A stretch of DNA of 62,448 nt, filler included, from Platydemus manokwari (Eukaryota), in NCBI GenBank assembly GCA_037951405.1. It is 5 parts of 5 records of this genome, joined end to end, with 100 filler letters (N's around TTAATTAATTAA, not from the genome) between each part and the next. Parts side by side here need not be neighbours in the genome. Positions count along the whole stretch, not along the records: positions 14,983 to 26,910 come from JBBMOY010387777.1; positions 27,011 to 37,927 come from JBBMOY011064410.1; 3 more parts are not named here. One strand, written 5' to 3'. The number at the start of each line of letters is the position of its first letter. The stretch's first letter is position 1. This document shows positions 15,336-27,964 of this stretch, one piece after another. The notes below the pieces were generated by a model, which had not been told where the DNA came from, made no database searches, and worked only from the letters and a program-made list of their open reading frames with translations. Made by a program: the position numbers and the translations under genes.

Positions 15336-16929
15336 ATCTAGACTAATACAATTACGAAATATATGGATGATTCCTGATCGGCGTATTCTTGTTATCGTAC
15401 ATTTTCTATTTGTATTCCAGCAATATAAACTTTTAAATCACTACTAGCGATAATTATTTATTAACGAGCTTTATTCATATAAGAGATTTTAACAATCAGA
15501 TTAACTCAAACACTGGCTGCCTAAAAATCTGTTAGCAGAGCTGATGTTCAGTAATTTTTTGTCGATTTCCTCTAACTGTCATTGTTCTTATATACTGTTT
15601 TTCGTTACTTTTTCAGCCAATCGTGATTTTTTCTATTTTTATTTTTACGTAATCCCATTTTTGGCAGCTTATATTTTTGTTCTAAATGTGAAATTTTAAA
15701 ATTCAGTTTTTACTTTTTAATCTATTTATAGGATTGCGTCATTATATTTATGGAATTTTGTTATTATTTTCAATGTATAATTATATTTTGTGGACGTTAT
15801 TTGCCAATGCCGGTTTATTGAGGGTTTGGATAAAAGAAGATCAAAAACATATGGTTTATAAGAGTTTAAAGGAATTCCTGAGATTGATATAAGTTATGGA
15901 CAGTGTAAATCAGCGTTAATAATAAGATTAAAATAAAGAAAATTAATAACGTCAAAAAGTAATAATTTTATAAATTTCTACGATTATATACCCAAATTAC
16001 TAGAATTATTCAATTTGCACAATGATGAAGATTCTTTTAAAATACATATTACCAAGACTGTTTAAGGAAAGTTATAAAGACACAGAATATCAAATTATCG
16101 ATATTATAATCAATTAAAGTTACATATTATATACACATCAGGTTGCAATCGAAGTCAAATTTCCTAAAAATTCTTCGTCAGTGGCGGAAAATGAGAACAA
16201 TTTGGCAGTCCTCCCAGCATTTCAAATGGAAACTTTAAACAGTATCTTCCAATAGTATAGTAGGTTTTTTCAAATTATGTTTCAAAACAAAAGAAAAGAA
16301 AAAGAACATTGCAATTGGAAACGAGTGTTGACAAACGAATATATTGTTGAACTCAGTTGGTGATGGAAATATTGAAAGGAAATAACATAAAGATTTTAAT
16401 TATAACAAACAAAAATTACTTTTAAACTTTAAAATGTATAAATGCAATAAATTTGGTTATTTAAGTACCAAAATTTATTCCTTTTATATCTGATCTAATT
16501 ATTATTTTCTTTGTCTAATAAACCCCGATATCTACTATGGCGATTGCTTGTTGCCTGACTATTTTCAAATAACTGGAGTATTATCAACGTCGAAGTTATA
16601 TACAAAAGTGGATTTTTTGAGTGATTAAGTGGTTCATGTTATAGCTGATTTGACGCTTCTATTTTAAAAAAAATTATATGATTAATAATTATGGTAAAAA
16701 GTTATGTTAGTCTTTTGTAAGATTATTTGACAATGCTTATCGTGCTCGATAAGAAAAGAGAGAATTTATCTTTAAAACCATTGAATATGATTTTATAAAA
16801 TTAAATATTTGATTAACTATTTAAAACTGTATTTGAATTTAAGATTTAATCAATATATTATTTAGATTTGTATTTTTTTCTTTATTTGTTGTCATATTGT
16901 TGTGGCAAATCTGATTTTTGACAAATCCT

Positions 16930-18060
16930 ATGTTGGCTCCAAATATAGGCGAAAATCGTTGCTCACCTATTCTGAATTACTGACGTTTTTTCAGCGTCGG
17001 TAGCAATCGTAATTTCTAAAGATAAAGCGATTCATGAGGTTTTTGTCAGGTGAGTAGGCCGGCTGCTTTAATAGAGACACGCAATGTTCTTCAAGCCAAA
17101 GCCGAATTAACTGTGCTGCCTGATGTCTGGAATTGACATGCTGAATGACCATTTTCCAAGCAGGTAGTCTTGTTTGAAATTCAAATCATATTCTGTAGGA
17201 ATCGTAAGGTATCTCTTAGCGTTGATGGATCCACCGTCTTGAAGAATTTCGAAATACGTGAGTGATTTTGCATAGTTGCTATCAACGGTAATCAGAACTC
17301 TGCGATCAGCTATTGTCCGCCCAGCAATAGTTGAACGATCACCTGTGTCATAAACCCAAACACAGTTGCATTCTTTTGAAGGTATGTCGTTAAAGTAAAT
17401 CAATTTTTCATCGTTCACAATGATCTTTTTCTTCTTGCCGAATAAATATTCAACATTTCTTGACAGCAAATGACTCTGATTCTCTTTTTATTACCCGTCA
17501 GAATGTGAGGAACTCATCTGCTGCAAAGTGACTTCTTTCAAAGTTCCTGTTTCAATATGCGGCGAACACTCGTTTCTTTAATGTCAGTGACTCTTGAAAT
17601 GGCTGGACAGCGTAAGTCACAATCTTCTTCTATCATTTTACACATAATAATGACATTCTCGTCTGCAGTACTCGTTCATGGTCTTCCTGAACCTTCTTTT
17701 CGCTTAAAAATTGCTCGCTGTTCTCCTGCAAACTCTTTGGTAATAGGCTGTACTCGCTAAAGGCTGTCAACGTTCTCTGCTCCCTAACTTTCGACAAGAA
17801 ATGGAAGGATTTCGATAGCCGAAAAGTTGTTTCGTGTTAAAGTTGCTAAGAAGAAATTTATGTCGCATTGCTTTGCCTTCATCTTTTAGGCTAAATCATT
17901 TAACCAACTCTAATCGATTTATTTAAATTTAAATCTTGAAATTTCAAGTTTTGTTATTGATCTACCTTATAAAATTTCCTACGAAAGATCTGCCTAGAAT
18001 TTTAACTTAGATCTTCAGATATTTTCTTACTGATAAAAACGAAAAATTTTTTGGCCCCTA
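16930..18060 (-). mobile_element. Decayed mariner (DD34D) transposon, family A
   Basis: Transposase pseudogene from ATG 17882 (MKAKQCDINFFLATLTR...GSGRP...SVRRIL...R*VPHILT...IIVNDEK...QHVNSRH...QPAYSPDKNLMN). 34 residues separate the mutated second and third catalytic positions; there are stops and frameshifts. One terminus TAGGGGCCAAAAAATTTTTCG is flanked by TA at 18061-62; the other TIR was not found. Confidence 0.88.
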
Positions 18061-18304
18061 TACATATTATGTGATACCACGAATCCTATATTTTAGTCGA
18101 CAAACTGGAATTAAGCAATCATATTTTGCTTCTTGCCTTCTTTTGTTTTGACCCATCACGTCTCACTACTTTCGTATTATTTTATCCAGGTATTTAACCA
18201 CTCTAAAGCTTTATTTAATGCTTTTTTTTCATTTTTGAATTTATTATGGAGTCTCTGGCTATACCTTAGATTATTTCATGATTTCTTCTTATCAAACCCA
18301 GTCT

Positions 18305-18410
18305 ATTGTTGCGGTTTGGGTCTTTGATTAACTTAGATATGTGAGTTCTATATACTACCGGTTGAAGCGCAATGTCAATTCTAAAAACAAATATTAATAA
18401 ACAATGATTA
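18305..18410. repeat. Dispersed repeat, copy 1 (copy 2 at about 26522-26630)
   Basis: Shares TAGATAT..GTGAGTTC..CTACCGGTTGAAGCGC(A/G)ATGTCAAT and flanking similarity with 26522-26630. Confidence 0.75.
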
Positions 18411-19299
18411 CAATGATTAATTTTGTCGTTTATCGTATCGCTTTTTCGTATCACTTTTTACAGAGTCCTTTGAATAGTCTAATCCCTTTAGCTCTTTAAA
18501 GATCGTCTGGTAATTTTTGTGAGTAAAAATAGTGGCTTTGCCACTCCTTATATAGTGTTTTCTAAGACGGATTCTGAATAATCGGTTTAAATTATTATTT
18601 TCTTTTTTCTTAATGGATATTGAAATTATTTTCTAAACCCGCTTAGATTAATAATTTTAATTTATTATTCGCTCGAATTATACATAATATTTTTCTTTTT
18701 CTCCTACATTTAAAAGTTCAATTTTCGCCCACAACGCCTACATTTTAATTAATTAATTTTTATCCATATTTATAATTTATATTATTATTATTATTCCACA
18801 TAATAATTTTTCATATTATTATTATCCCATGATAATAATAATTATTATTAATATAATTTGAATTTTATAATGTTTATTTTTCTATGTACAATTTTTTCAC
18901 ATAAATACAGTAATTTTCTCAATAAAAATCGAAATTCAATACAATTTTATCAAGCAAGATAAAGTAAAAATCATAATAATCAGAATAGTCATGACCACAG
19001 ATTATTCATCCATGTCTACCTTCCATTGTAGACTCTGATAGGAGGAGGTTGATTGATGAGGCGATTTGATATTTTGATATAGGGAAGATATGGAGGATGA
19101 GCTCACTGGGCTGGTTGTTGATTGATTTGTTGTTGATCCCATTCTGTAACACTATGAAGAATTAAGTGAATGTTACATTTTTCTGTGTTGCTGTATATTC
19201 CGCATTTTTAATGTTTTGTATTAAATATAAGACATTGTTAGAGCGAATTTTAGTAACTCCTAGTACTTCATTGAGCATATTTCGGCAAACTTTGAATAT

Positions 19300-20790
19300 G
19301 TTATATAGTGATTTCGTTCAAAAAATATTGTTTTGTTGAATAAATGTATTTATTATTTTATTTTATGAATGTGTATGAACCATCATGTTGTTTCATTGCA
19401 GCAAAATACAGCTTTTTAGTTTTATGTAATTGTGACCAAGTCTGCGAACAGGATATCTATCGAGTTATCTTGTTTAATGGGAGAAATTTATCCTATATAG
19501 TGATTTTTCATCTCTATTTCCGGAATTAATTTCTTTTATGACAAAGATTTTCTCTTTTATTTCTTCCTTATTTCCTAATTTTCTCTTTCATGCTTGGCTG
19601 TGTGCATGCATCTCTGATGACGATTTGTAACTTTTCTGCTTTTTTGCAATTTATTCGATGCCATCATCATGTGTTGGTGGATTGTGTCGAGAAGAGTGTT
19701 TATTACCGCATTGAAAGGTACCACGAATATTAGAAATCCTTGTCTTATTCTTTGTGTTATTTTTCATGTTGTTATTTAGCCTCAACGAAAAAATGTTATT
19801 TTGTAGTTGATGTATAATTTGTAGATTAACTTTATTAGATTGCTGAGAGTCCCATTTGTCATAAAAACTTATAAATATATATCCCTGCCGTATTACAAAT
19901 TTGAATTATTATGGTTTGAACTCTTGGGTTTGGATCCGCCTTGAATTTTCAGAGTTCATTTTTTGGAATCCGGTAATAATTGGCAAAATACCTTTTCCTA
20001 CCCTTGAAATATTTGAAGGATAGACAGTCGATGTTTGTTTCCTTAACAAGGAGCAGATCACAAAAAGCTTCGTGGCTAGGATTCTCTACTTCAGAGTATT
20101 TGTAAGTGTTTTCAGTGAAGTAAATACAGTCTTCTACCACCATGTTTCCCTGGCTTGGTCATCCTCTAGTCAACAGTTTGCATTTTTGGGTGAACCATTG
20201 TCCAGTTGTGTCTATATCTATTTATTTGATATGAAATTCTTTTGACTAGTTTGTGTCTATCCATCATAACCGTTTGGCATTCGTTTCTGTTTTCCTGAGT
20301 TTGTCAGTTTTTGTCGATTTGTTTTATAGTATCATTTTCATATTTTTATTTTCTTTTCGATGGCTCTTTTTGTTGATTATTACAATTTTTGAGGTCCATT
20401 TATTGTGGCATCTTTCTGATTGATGATCACCCATTGTTAATTCTTCTAAGTCTCTGAGATTTTTTGTTTTTTGACTTATTAAAACAATTTCATTATTATT
20501 GGTTCCTATTTGTGCTAATAATCAATATGCATGTTATATTAGTAATTATATTATAATCTATTACGATTTTATTTGGTTAAGTAATAATTTAGTTGATAAG
20601 AAAACTTACCATCCAAAAATAAAATAACAAAATTAACACAAATTCAAGAAATAAATCAAGGTTGTATGAACTAATAAATAATAAAACTAGATATAACAAA
20701 TCAGTTATCTAGATAACTAGATAAATTGCGAAATAAAAAACCAAACATAAAAAAACCACAGCAGCCAAATTTTTAATTAAACTTTGTTAA
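19300..20790 (-). mobile_element. Possible decayed Ty3/Gypsy 5' region (PBS-like site, gag, protease remnant)
   Basis: Minus strand shows TTAACA...TGGCTGCTGTGG (PBS-like) near 20760, then broken ORFs from about 20435, and a SIDILFAD protease-like segment near 19450. Heavily degraded. Confidence 0.3.
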
Positions 20791-23102
20791 TAAAAATAAT
20801 AAAGCAATCAGTTACAGAAAAAATATTGCATATAACATTGACTGTGTCCGAATGCACAACAAAGAAGATTAATTTTAATTTAATAACAGTTGTTACTCTT
20901 TTTCCAAAACAAAGGAAAATTTGATGACAAAGCTGGGAACCATAGAGAACATTATCTTATATAAATATAAATGCATCTTAACAACGCGTATAATAATGGT
21001 TGTCATTGCCCTCGGATTACGTTAATTTTATTCTCATTGAATTTGCAATTGAATTATTTTGAATTCAGACTCAGTTAATTTAGTATTTAATTAATTAAGT
21101 AATGTTACAGAAAGAAATTGTTATACTTCTTTACCACATAAAGTAATAGTAATTATTGTACCATTAATTGCCAATAATCAGTGATTTTAGTTTATTTAAT
21201 AAATATTACCTCTCCTAGGCTTTTCCAGAGTCTTTTAAAAAACTAAATCAATAAGAGACTTCCTTTATATCTTTTTTGTTTGAAATATGTCAATTTTTTA
21301 ATAGACAAACTTGATATATTCACCTCGAAGTTCAATTCTACAACATTTACATTATTTTATAGCTATTTAAACTAAACTAAAGTTTATTGCTTCATTGTAT
21401 TGCTCATTTAATTATACTTTTTTAAAATTAAATCGTGTTATTTTTTAAAATATCTACAATTTAAACGATATCTTTATTATCACAATAACTAATTTTGTCA
21501 CCTCCATTATTCCGATTGTAGTTAGATTAAAGATTTGATGATAATAATAATAGGCCTGTCAAACAGTTGTGTTCGCAATTGATAGAACATTTGATTATTA
21601 GCTGATCATTTTTCCCTAAACCTGAAGTAAAACTAATTAAATACAAATCTTATAAATATAGGATAACAATTTTAAAATACTAAAACTAATAATATTTATT
21701 ACTACAAGTAAAATAAGAATCATAATTAATAGAAACGTGACATAAAACAATTAAAAATTCCTTTAATTTTAAAAAAAAACTTACTTGAAAAACTCTGATT
21801 ATCAGTTTGATAGAATATCATGAATATTATTCAAGATATTGCAAATTCAGACATACAAAAAGCAAACTCAAATTACTATCCTTTCGAAAGAATAAATTGA
21901 AATCCAGACAAACCGAAATCATTATTCAGACAAAACTAAGGATGCTATTGTCTATAATTTTCTTTTATAAAAATATTTGTCTATCAATTTCTAACAATTG
22001 CACTACCTTTTCAATATTTATTCTCAAACTCAAACTTTTATAACTATATTCATTTCAGATGACCCATTATGTTATCAAACATAGGATAAAACTAACAAAT
22101 AGCTGAAGCCATAAAATCAGCTAAAAGACACATGTTCGAGGACTTGAAATCAATATTGTGCATACTTTTTTGAGTCTTGTATGTAAATAAAACTGAGATT
22201 AAAGGTTTTGTGTAAATTGTATTATTTTCAATCTAATTTTGTTATTTATTAAATTAATCATTGTTTTCATTTGCTGCATTATAGTGTAAAATACTTATTT
22301 ATTTAATTTGAAACAGATATGATAATCATGATCAATGTCGATAGAAGTGATAAATTGACTGGAATCATCTCATTTTCGAAATGAAATGAGATCTGATTGT
22401 TTTTATTAAGATTAGATATTTCTCCGCGTACGTGTGATAATATGATACAAGAGATTGCTTCATGTAAAGGAGAAAATAATTTGTGATATAGTACAAGTTG
22501 TGATACATCTAAAACAGAAGCAAACACAAAAAGCAATCGAGTCTGTATCTGATTATAAACTTGGGTGCATCGACTGCTCTTATTTTAAATACCATGTTCA
22601 ATTTTTTATAAATGAACATAATTCTTCCACTTTCTTCATTAACTTGATTTTGATAGATAATTTATCTAGAATTTTCTCTAGGGGCTGCAAAAGAACGAGA
22701 TAATTCTCTTCTTAAAACCACTGATTTTTTGAATATTAATAAAATATTTTTCCAATTTGTCTTGTTTCATGAATCTTTTACAAGCTGGAGCAGTATTATC
22801 AGTTGATCAATCATTTTGAATTATGAAATTTCTTTAATAAGTATTGTCCACATAATAGAAAATTAATTTGCGTGAAAGTTTTGAGCTAGACTTTTGTGAT
22901 TCTCTTTATTTTATTTAATTAAAATTTTCTTCATAATAATATCATTTTAGAAAAGATTATTTAAATTTAATATTTTTAATTATAGTATAAATAAAAATTA
23001 GATTAAAAATGTTAATAAATTTGTTTTAATTATTGCTGAATTTAAAAAGTTAGGTTTAATAAATAGCGTGTAAATCTTAAATTTAATTTATAGGTCTTGA
23101 TA

Positions 23103-23561
23103 ATGGAAGAAGAAAAAGAATATGATTTGACTCAAGAAGAGGAAGAATATTACGATAGCCTGACATATGCTCAAAAAGCAGAATTTGCGACCGTTATCAG
23201 TAAACCAATGGCACCAGAAAAGTTAGGCAAAAAAATAATGAAACTTTTATCAAGTGCCAGTAAGCACAAAAAGTTGATTTTAGGTGTTAAATCAGTACCA
23301 AAGGCAATTAAGAAAAAGAAAAACGGAATTGTTGTGATTGCTGGAGATGTAACACCTATTGACGTTGTTATTCATATTCCAAAATTATGTGAAGCTGCAA
23401 ATATTCCTTATTGCTTTTTACCCTGTAGAAGAGATGTAGGAATCGCTTGTGGATCAAAAAAGTCTATTGCGATTGTAATGATTGAATCAGATGAACATTA
23501 CACAGCTAAATTCAATAAATTAAGTAAAAAAGTTATCAACTTACCACTTCCTATTGTATAA
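23103..23561 (+). CDS. NHP2: H/ACA snoRNP subunit NHP2-like protein (L7Ae family), 152 aa
   Basis: ATG at 23103 (the ORF track started at an upstream TTG). NHP2 signature motifs: ISKPMA, GVKxV, GIVVIAGDVTPIDV..HIP.LCE..NIPY, D.G.A.GSK, and C-terminal LPLP. CDS uninterrupted; possible 45-nt 5'UTR intron 23049-23093; AATAAA at 23561-23566. Confidence 0.92.
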   Translation: MEEEKEYDLTQEEEEYYDSLTYAQKAEFATVISKPMAPEKLGKKIMKLLSSASKHKKLILGVKSVPKAIKKKKNGIVVIAGDVTPIDVVIHIPKLCEAANIPYCFLPCRRDVGIACGSKKSIAIVMIESDEHYTAKFNKLSKKVINLPLPIV

Positions 23562-23660
23562 ATAAATATTATAAAAATGTCTTATTTTGAAATTCTTATT
23601 TTGTAAAATAATCAATATTTTTAAATATTCAAATGCGTAGTGATATTTGATTAAATACAA

Positions 23661-24218
23661 ATGTCAATTGTATCCCCTAATGGGAGTAAAATTCTGAATC
23701 CTGTTTTTGACTCCAATTCAAATGAAAATCAGATATCTGTATTTGGTGATTTAAATAATAGTTCGTGTAGAAGAAAGCGTTCCAGAAGTAGACGAAAATC
23801 TAGACGTAGGTCTCGTAGTCGATGTTCTATGAAACGGAGGAAAAGAAGGCGGTCTGTAAAAAGGCGAACTTGTGGTATTAGAAAGCGACGACGAAAGTCA
23901 AGAAAAAGATCTTGTAGATCTGCGAAAAGACGTAAAGTCAGAAGAAGGTCGAGATCATCTTGTAAAAAGCGAGGGTGTACTTGGCGTGAAAGTAATTTTG
24001 CTAAAATTAAGCAAGGTAAATGTTGTAAAAAACGACTGAAGTACAAGCTTTCACCATATGCATTATGGGTGAAACAAAATATGAAAAGTTTAAAAGGAAA
24101 AGGTGATTCTTCACAGATAATGCGAGCCTTGGCGAAAAGCTGGAAATGTTTATCACCGATGGACAAAGCCAAATTTTATCATAAAGCAGCTGCCAACAAA
24201 AAGCGAAAATGCAAATAA
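23661..24218 (+). CDS. Protamine-like Arg/Ser/Cys-rich protein with C-terminal HMG box, 185 aa
   Basis: aa 1-35 is a neutral/acidic leader. aa 36-106 has 32 Arg + 12 Lys of 71 residues, RS dipeptides and regularly spaced Cys. The C-terminus LSPYALWVKQN...QIMRALAKSWKCLSPMDKAKFYHKA matches the HMG-box pattern (S.Y.L....N ... I.K.L...WK.LS..EK..Y...A). Intact intronless ORF. Confidence 0.88.
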   Translation: MSIVSPNGSKILNPVFDSNSNENQISVFGDLNNSSCRRKRSRSRRKSRRRSRSRCSMKRRKRRRSVKRRTCGIRKRRRKSRKRSCRSAKRRKVRRRSRSSCKKRGCTWRESNFAKIKQGKCCKKRLKYKLSPYALWVKQNMKSLKGKGDSSQIMRALAKSWKCLSPMDKAKFYHKAAANKKRKCK

Positions 24219-26521
24219 TATTGTATTCAATTTATTTTTATTTTGATTGAAAAACCAATTATTTTCGTCAATATATAACTTGACTTATTTGGTTGGTTTA
24301 TAAATTTGATGATCGTATTCGCTTCAATCCCGATATACCCTGGTGCTAGATATGCTAGATCTTAGAAATAAAATCTTTTACTTTTCTATCAATGCACACA
24401 GGATTTATCTGGGTAGATGTTATGCGAATCAAGAATTAAAATAAATAAAATATTCAAAATTACCATTTTCCAAAGCATAATATGTGGTAAACTGAATTTA
24501 TAGTTGCTTAGTATTAGCTTGGCTTTTTAACAATGATATTAGAAATTTCCAAAACGTTCTATTGAAATTCTGTTCTTTTCTAACAACACCCAGAAATTTT
24601 TCGTATCCCAATTTTATTGTCATCGTTATTAACAGAAGAATCTGCAGCAAATGAGTAGCTATCTGATGTGTTGTTATGCATAAACTACTATGTGCATACA
24701 TTTGCACACTAACTTAGAGAAAATCCAATTTGTTTCATCGATAGGTAGGAAAATATATCGATATTTTGTAGAAAGAAATCATTTTATTTTTGAGATGTAA
24801 TGAACGGCTTAGTATTTCGTCATAGAGCACAGAATAATCTTAAATTGTAACTAGATTAAATTTTCAATGGCTGATTTGCCAGGAAATAATGTTATTATGT
24901 ATTACCTGAATTATCACATTGATTAACAGTTTCTTTTGTAGAGATAGAACCTTAAGTTTAAAACTGGTTTAAGATGATAATTTAAATACGTTTAATTTTC
25001 TTAATTGGCTAAATCTGTTGAATATTTGTTATGATTTTCGATGAATATTTTATTTCACAATTAATAATGAATATATAAACATTAAATAGCTGGTTGAGAA
25101 TCTAATCGTGCTTGTGTTCAGGTAAATTTATTTAAAATTTTTCCTTAATTACCATTACAGCTTCTAAACAAAACAGATTTTTATAATCACTTTTCACATA
25201 TTCACTGTTGATAAATAATTATATTTAAACTTACTTCTTTGTTTATAAAAGTAAATCATAAAAGTTTATGAATTATAATGAATTGTTCGAATCTTACATA
25301 TTTCTGACTTGATCCTCTTTGATCAAACTAGTCAGGTACAACCCATTTTCTTACTACTCAGCCAGGTTTGGTTATATATTACTAATCTTAAAATTCATAA
25401 ATGAATGATAATAATTGAAAATCGAGTTTTCAATTAATTCCGGATTAATACTGACTTAAAAAAATGCTAGTTGAATTTAGTGCCAGCATATAATTTAAAT
25501 TTGTATACTGAATTAAAAAAAGGGCAACATTCATACATTTTTATTAAACATAATATTATAAATAGAGTGATTGTTTTGTGCAGTATCAAATAAAAGTGAG
25601 GAGAGTTTTAAGAATAATAAAATAAAGAATTTGCTTATAATATTATGGTTTATCAAAAAAAATTTATCAATATAATTATATTGATGGGACAATATTTCTA
25701 TTTAGAACACTAAGGAAGACTAGAATCGGTATTTATTGCAAGAAAAAGAAAACTTAATCGTTAATATCAATGAAGAAGATATTAAAACGCATTTTATTAG
25801 TTCAAAATTTGTCATTTGTAATAATAATCGATCAGGTTGATCAGGAAAATTTCACGCAGAGATAATGAGAATTTTCGTTTTATGATTTGGTACGGCACTT
25901 GATTATTCAATTACAATGAAAAGGAATCGCCACATTTATTTATTTTGTATAATAATCACTAGCAGTGAAATTTAAAATCACTGCTTCGGAAGAACTATGA
26001 ATATAAAGATAAACCAGAGATTTTTATCAAACTTAATCGTTAGCAGTGTTCAACAAATAACTGATCATAGCGAGTGTATTGTTTTAATAAATCAATTTTA
26101 TGACTTTGAATACTAAAAATATCTGAATAATGACTAATTAAACCAAGTTACATGAGAAAATTACTACCAACAACGTGGGTGGGTTTGTGAATTATAATAA
26201 ATCTGCATGATAATAATTAAATAACTTTATAAAAATAGTTTAATTTATCTTCTATAAAATATTATTGTCCAAAGTCGCCAGCACACCATTATCTTTCACA
26301 ATTTGTACCAAAAGGCTTGGAAGGGAGAGCTAAAAATGTGCTGCAGAAGGAATTGTGGATAAATTGTGCAAATAAGTAACTCGATTTCGACAATTTATCA
26401 TCCTTTTAATCTGATAATGAGATTTTGATGTATTATACGATTATATAATAATGATATAATTTTATAATAGAATAAAGCTCCAATATATAGTAGTGGTAAA
26501 ATATTAAAAAAAAATACCAGC

Positions 26522-26630
26522 TGTTGGAGTTTCGTGTCTTGTACTATTTAGATATTATGTGAGTTCGACTACCGGTTGAAGCGCGATGTCAATCCGGTAG
26601 GTGCGTGCTCCTATATTATTATAAACAAAT
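26522..26630. repeat. Dispersed repeat, copy 2, with internal hairpin
   Basis: Homologous to 18305-18410; contains the inverted repeat CTACCGG-TTGA...TCAA-T-CCGGTAG (26569-26600). Confidence 0.75.
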
Positions 26631-26910
26631 GAGAATTCAAAACAAATAACAAACTATAAAATATATTTACCCTTATAACAAGTGTTAAAATACAAGCAAA
26701 TTATTTTCGCAAACAACCCGAAAATCAGTTTACTCACCACACAGATTAAAAAAGATATTCTCAACAAGGGAAGGCTCCGATAGCGAACCTCCTTTGCGTT
26801 GATATATAATTTATAAATATAAATATATATTTTATAATATGGGCGGGCCCTGTTATTACTTCCTTTTTATCAATTATTAATTTGACAGCTCTGTATACCT
26901 TTTAATTTCA

Positions 26911-27010
26911 NNNNNNNNNNNNNNNNNNNNNNNNNNNNNNNNNNNNNNNNNNNNTTAATTAATTAANNNNNNNNNNNNNNNNNNNNNNNNNNNNNNNNNN
27001 NNNNNNNNNN
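26911..27010. other. Assembly gap linker
   Basis: N44-TTAATTAATTAA-N44. Confidence 0.97.
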
Positions 27011-27835
27011 AATTATTCACTATTCTAACCTCTTACTCTTCACAAACATGACCAATAAAAATAATCAATAAAAATAATCATTAATTATTATTCATTATTA
27101 AAATCGTAAAGCAACGAATAAATCAACAAATTGATAATCAATAATACAAAGAATTGCCCATTTCTATTCAATATATCGGCAGCTATTGTTAAAGGTTCTA
27201 AAATCAATAGCAAATTCAAACCTCTTCATCGCCTGGACCGCTCGTGTCTTCCTTCACATCTGTAGTCAGAGATTACAGATTGTGTTGTTTTATGCATATT
27301 ACTGCATTATGTGCTATTGTATTGCATGAAATTATATTTCGAGTGGACACTGTTTACAAGCACGATGGTGAAATGTTGATGGGGGATCCCAACATATATT
27401 TTAGGAATTGTCTAGAATCGGTCACGTTAAAGACAGTTGTTAGGATAACAACCCAAACATTCAAATATCTCAAACGACACCTCAATTCTCTAAACACATA
27501 AAATCTCAATCAATATCTCAATTCTCTCATTTTCGATTAGACTCTACCAAGATGCTCAATCCAAATTAAAAGGCGGACATAGATATGTGACAACTGGCTA
27601 CAATAGTTAGTTCAGGCACTATTTTAAAGCTGACCGTCAAAATAAAAGAATTTTAGGGTTATAACCATATCAGTTTCAGAGTTGTATGTGCCAAATCTGA
27701 TAAATTATAAATTAAAAAAAGTAAAACTAATATATTTTTGATAAAAAATTAATCGATAAAATTAACTGAAGAAATACATGAATGAATTCAAAATCAATAA
27801 ATAATATTAACATGATAAAAAACTAATAATTATTT

Positions 27836-27887
27836 TTTATTTTTCAAATTTAACATAATTATAATTATGTTAAATTTGAAAAATAAA
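27836..27887. repeat. 52-bp perfect spacerless palindrome
   Basis: TTTATTTTTCAAATTTAACATAATTA|TAATTATGTTAAATTTGAAAAATAAA; all 26 pairs checked. Confidence 0.95.
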
Positions 27888-27964
27888 TCAAATAAATCGA
27901 TAAAATTATTAAATTTGATGAAAAAAAGATTACATTAAATCTGAAAAAATTATAATAAATAAAC

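Noticed and set aside
23729-24172. 147-aa antisense ORF over the protamine-like gene
   Set aside because: Shadow of Arg/Lys-rich codons; the Leu/Phe/Arg product has no recognisable features.
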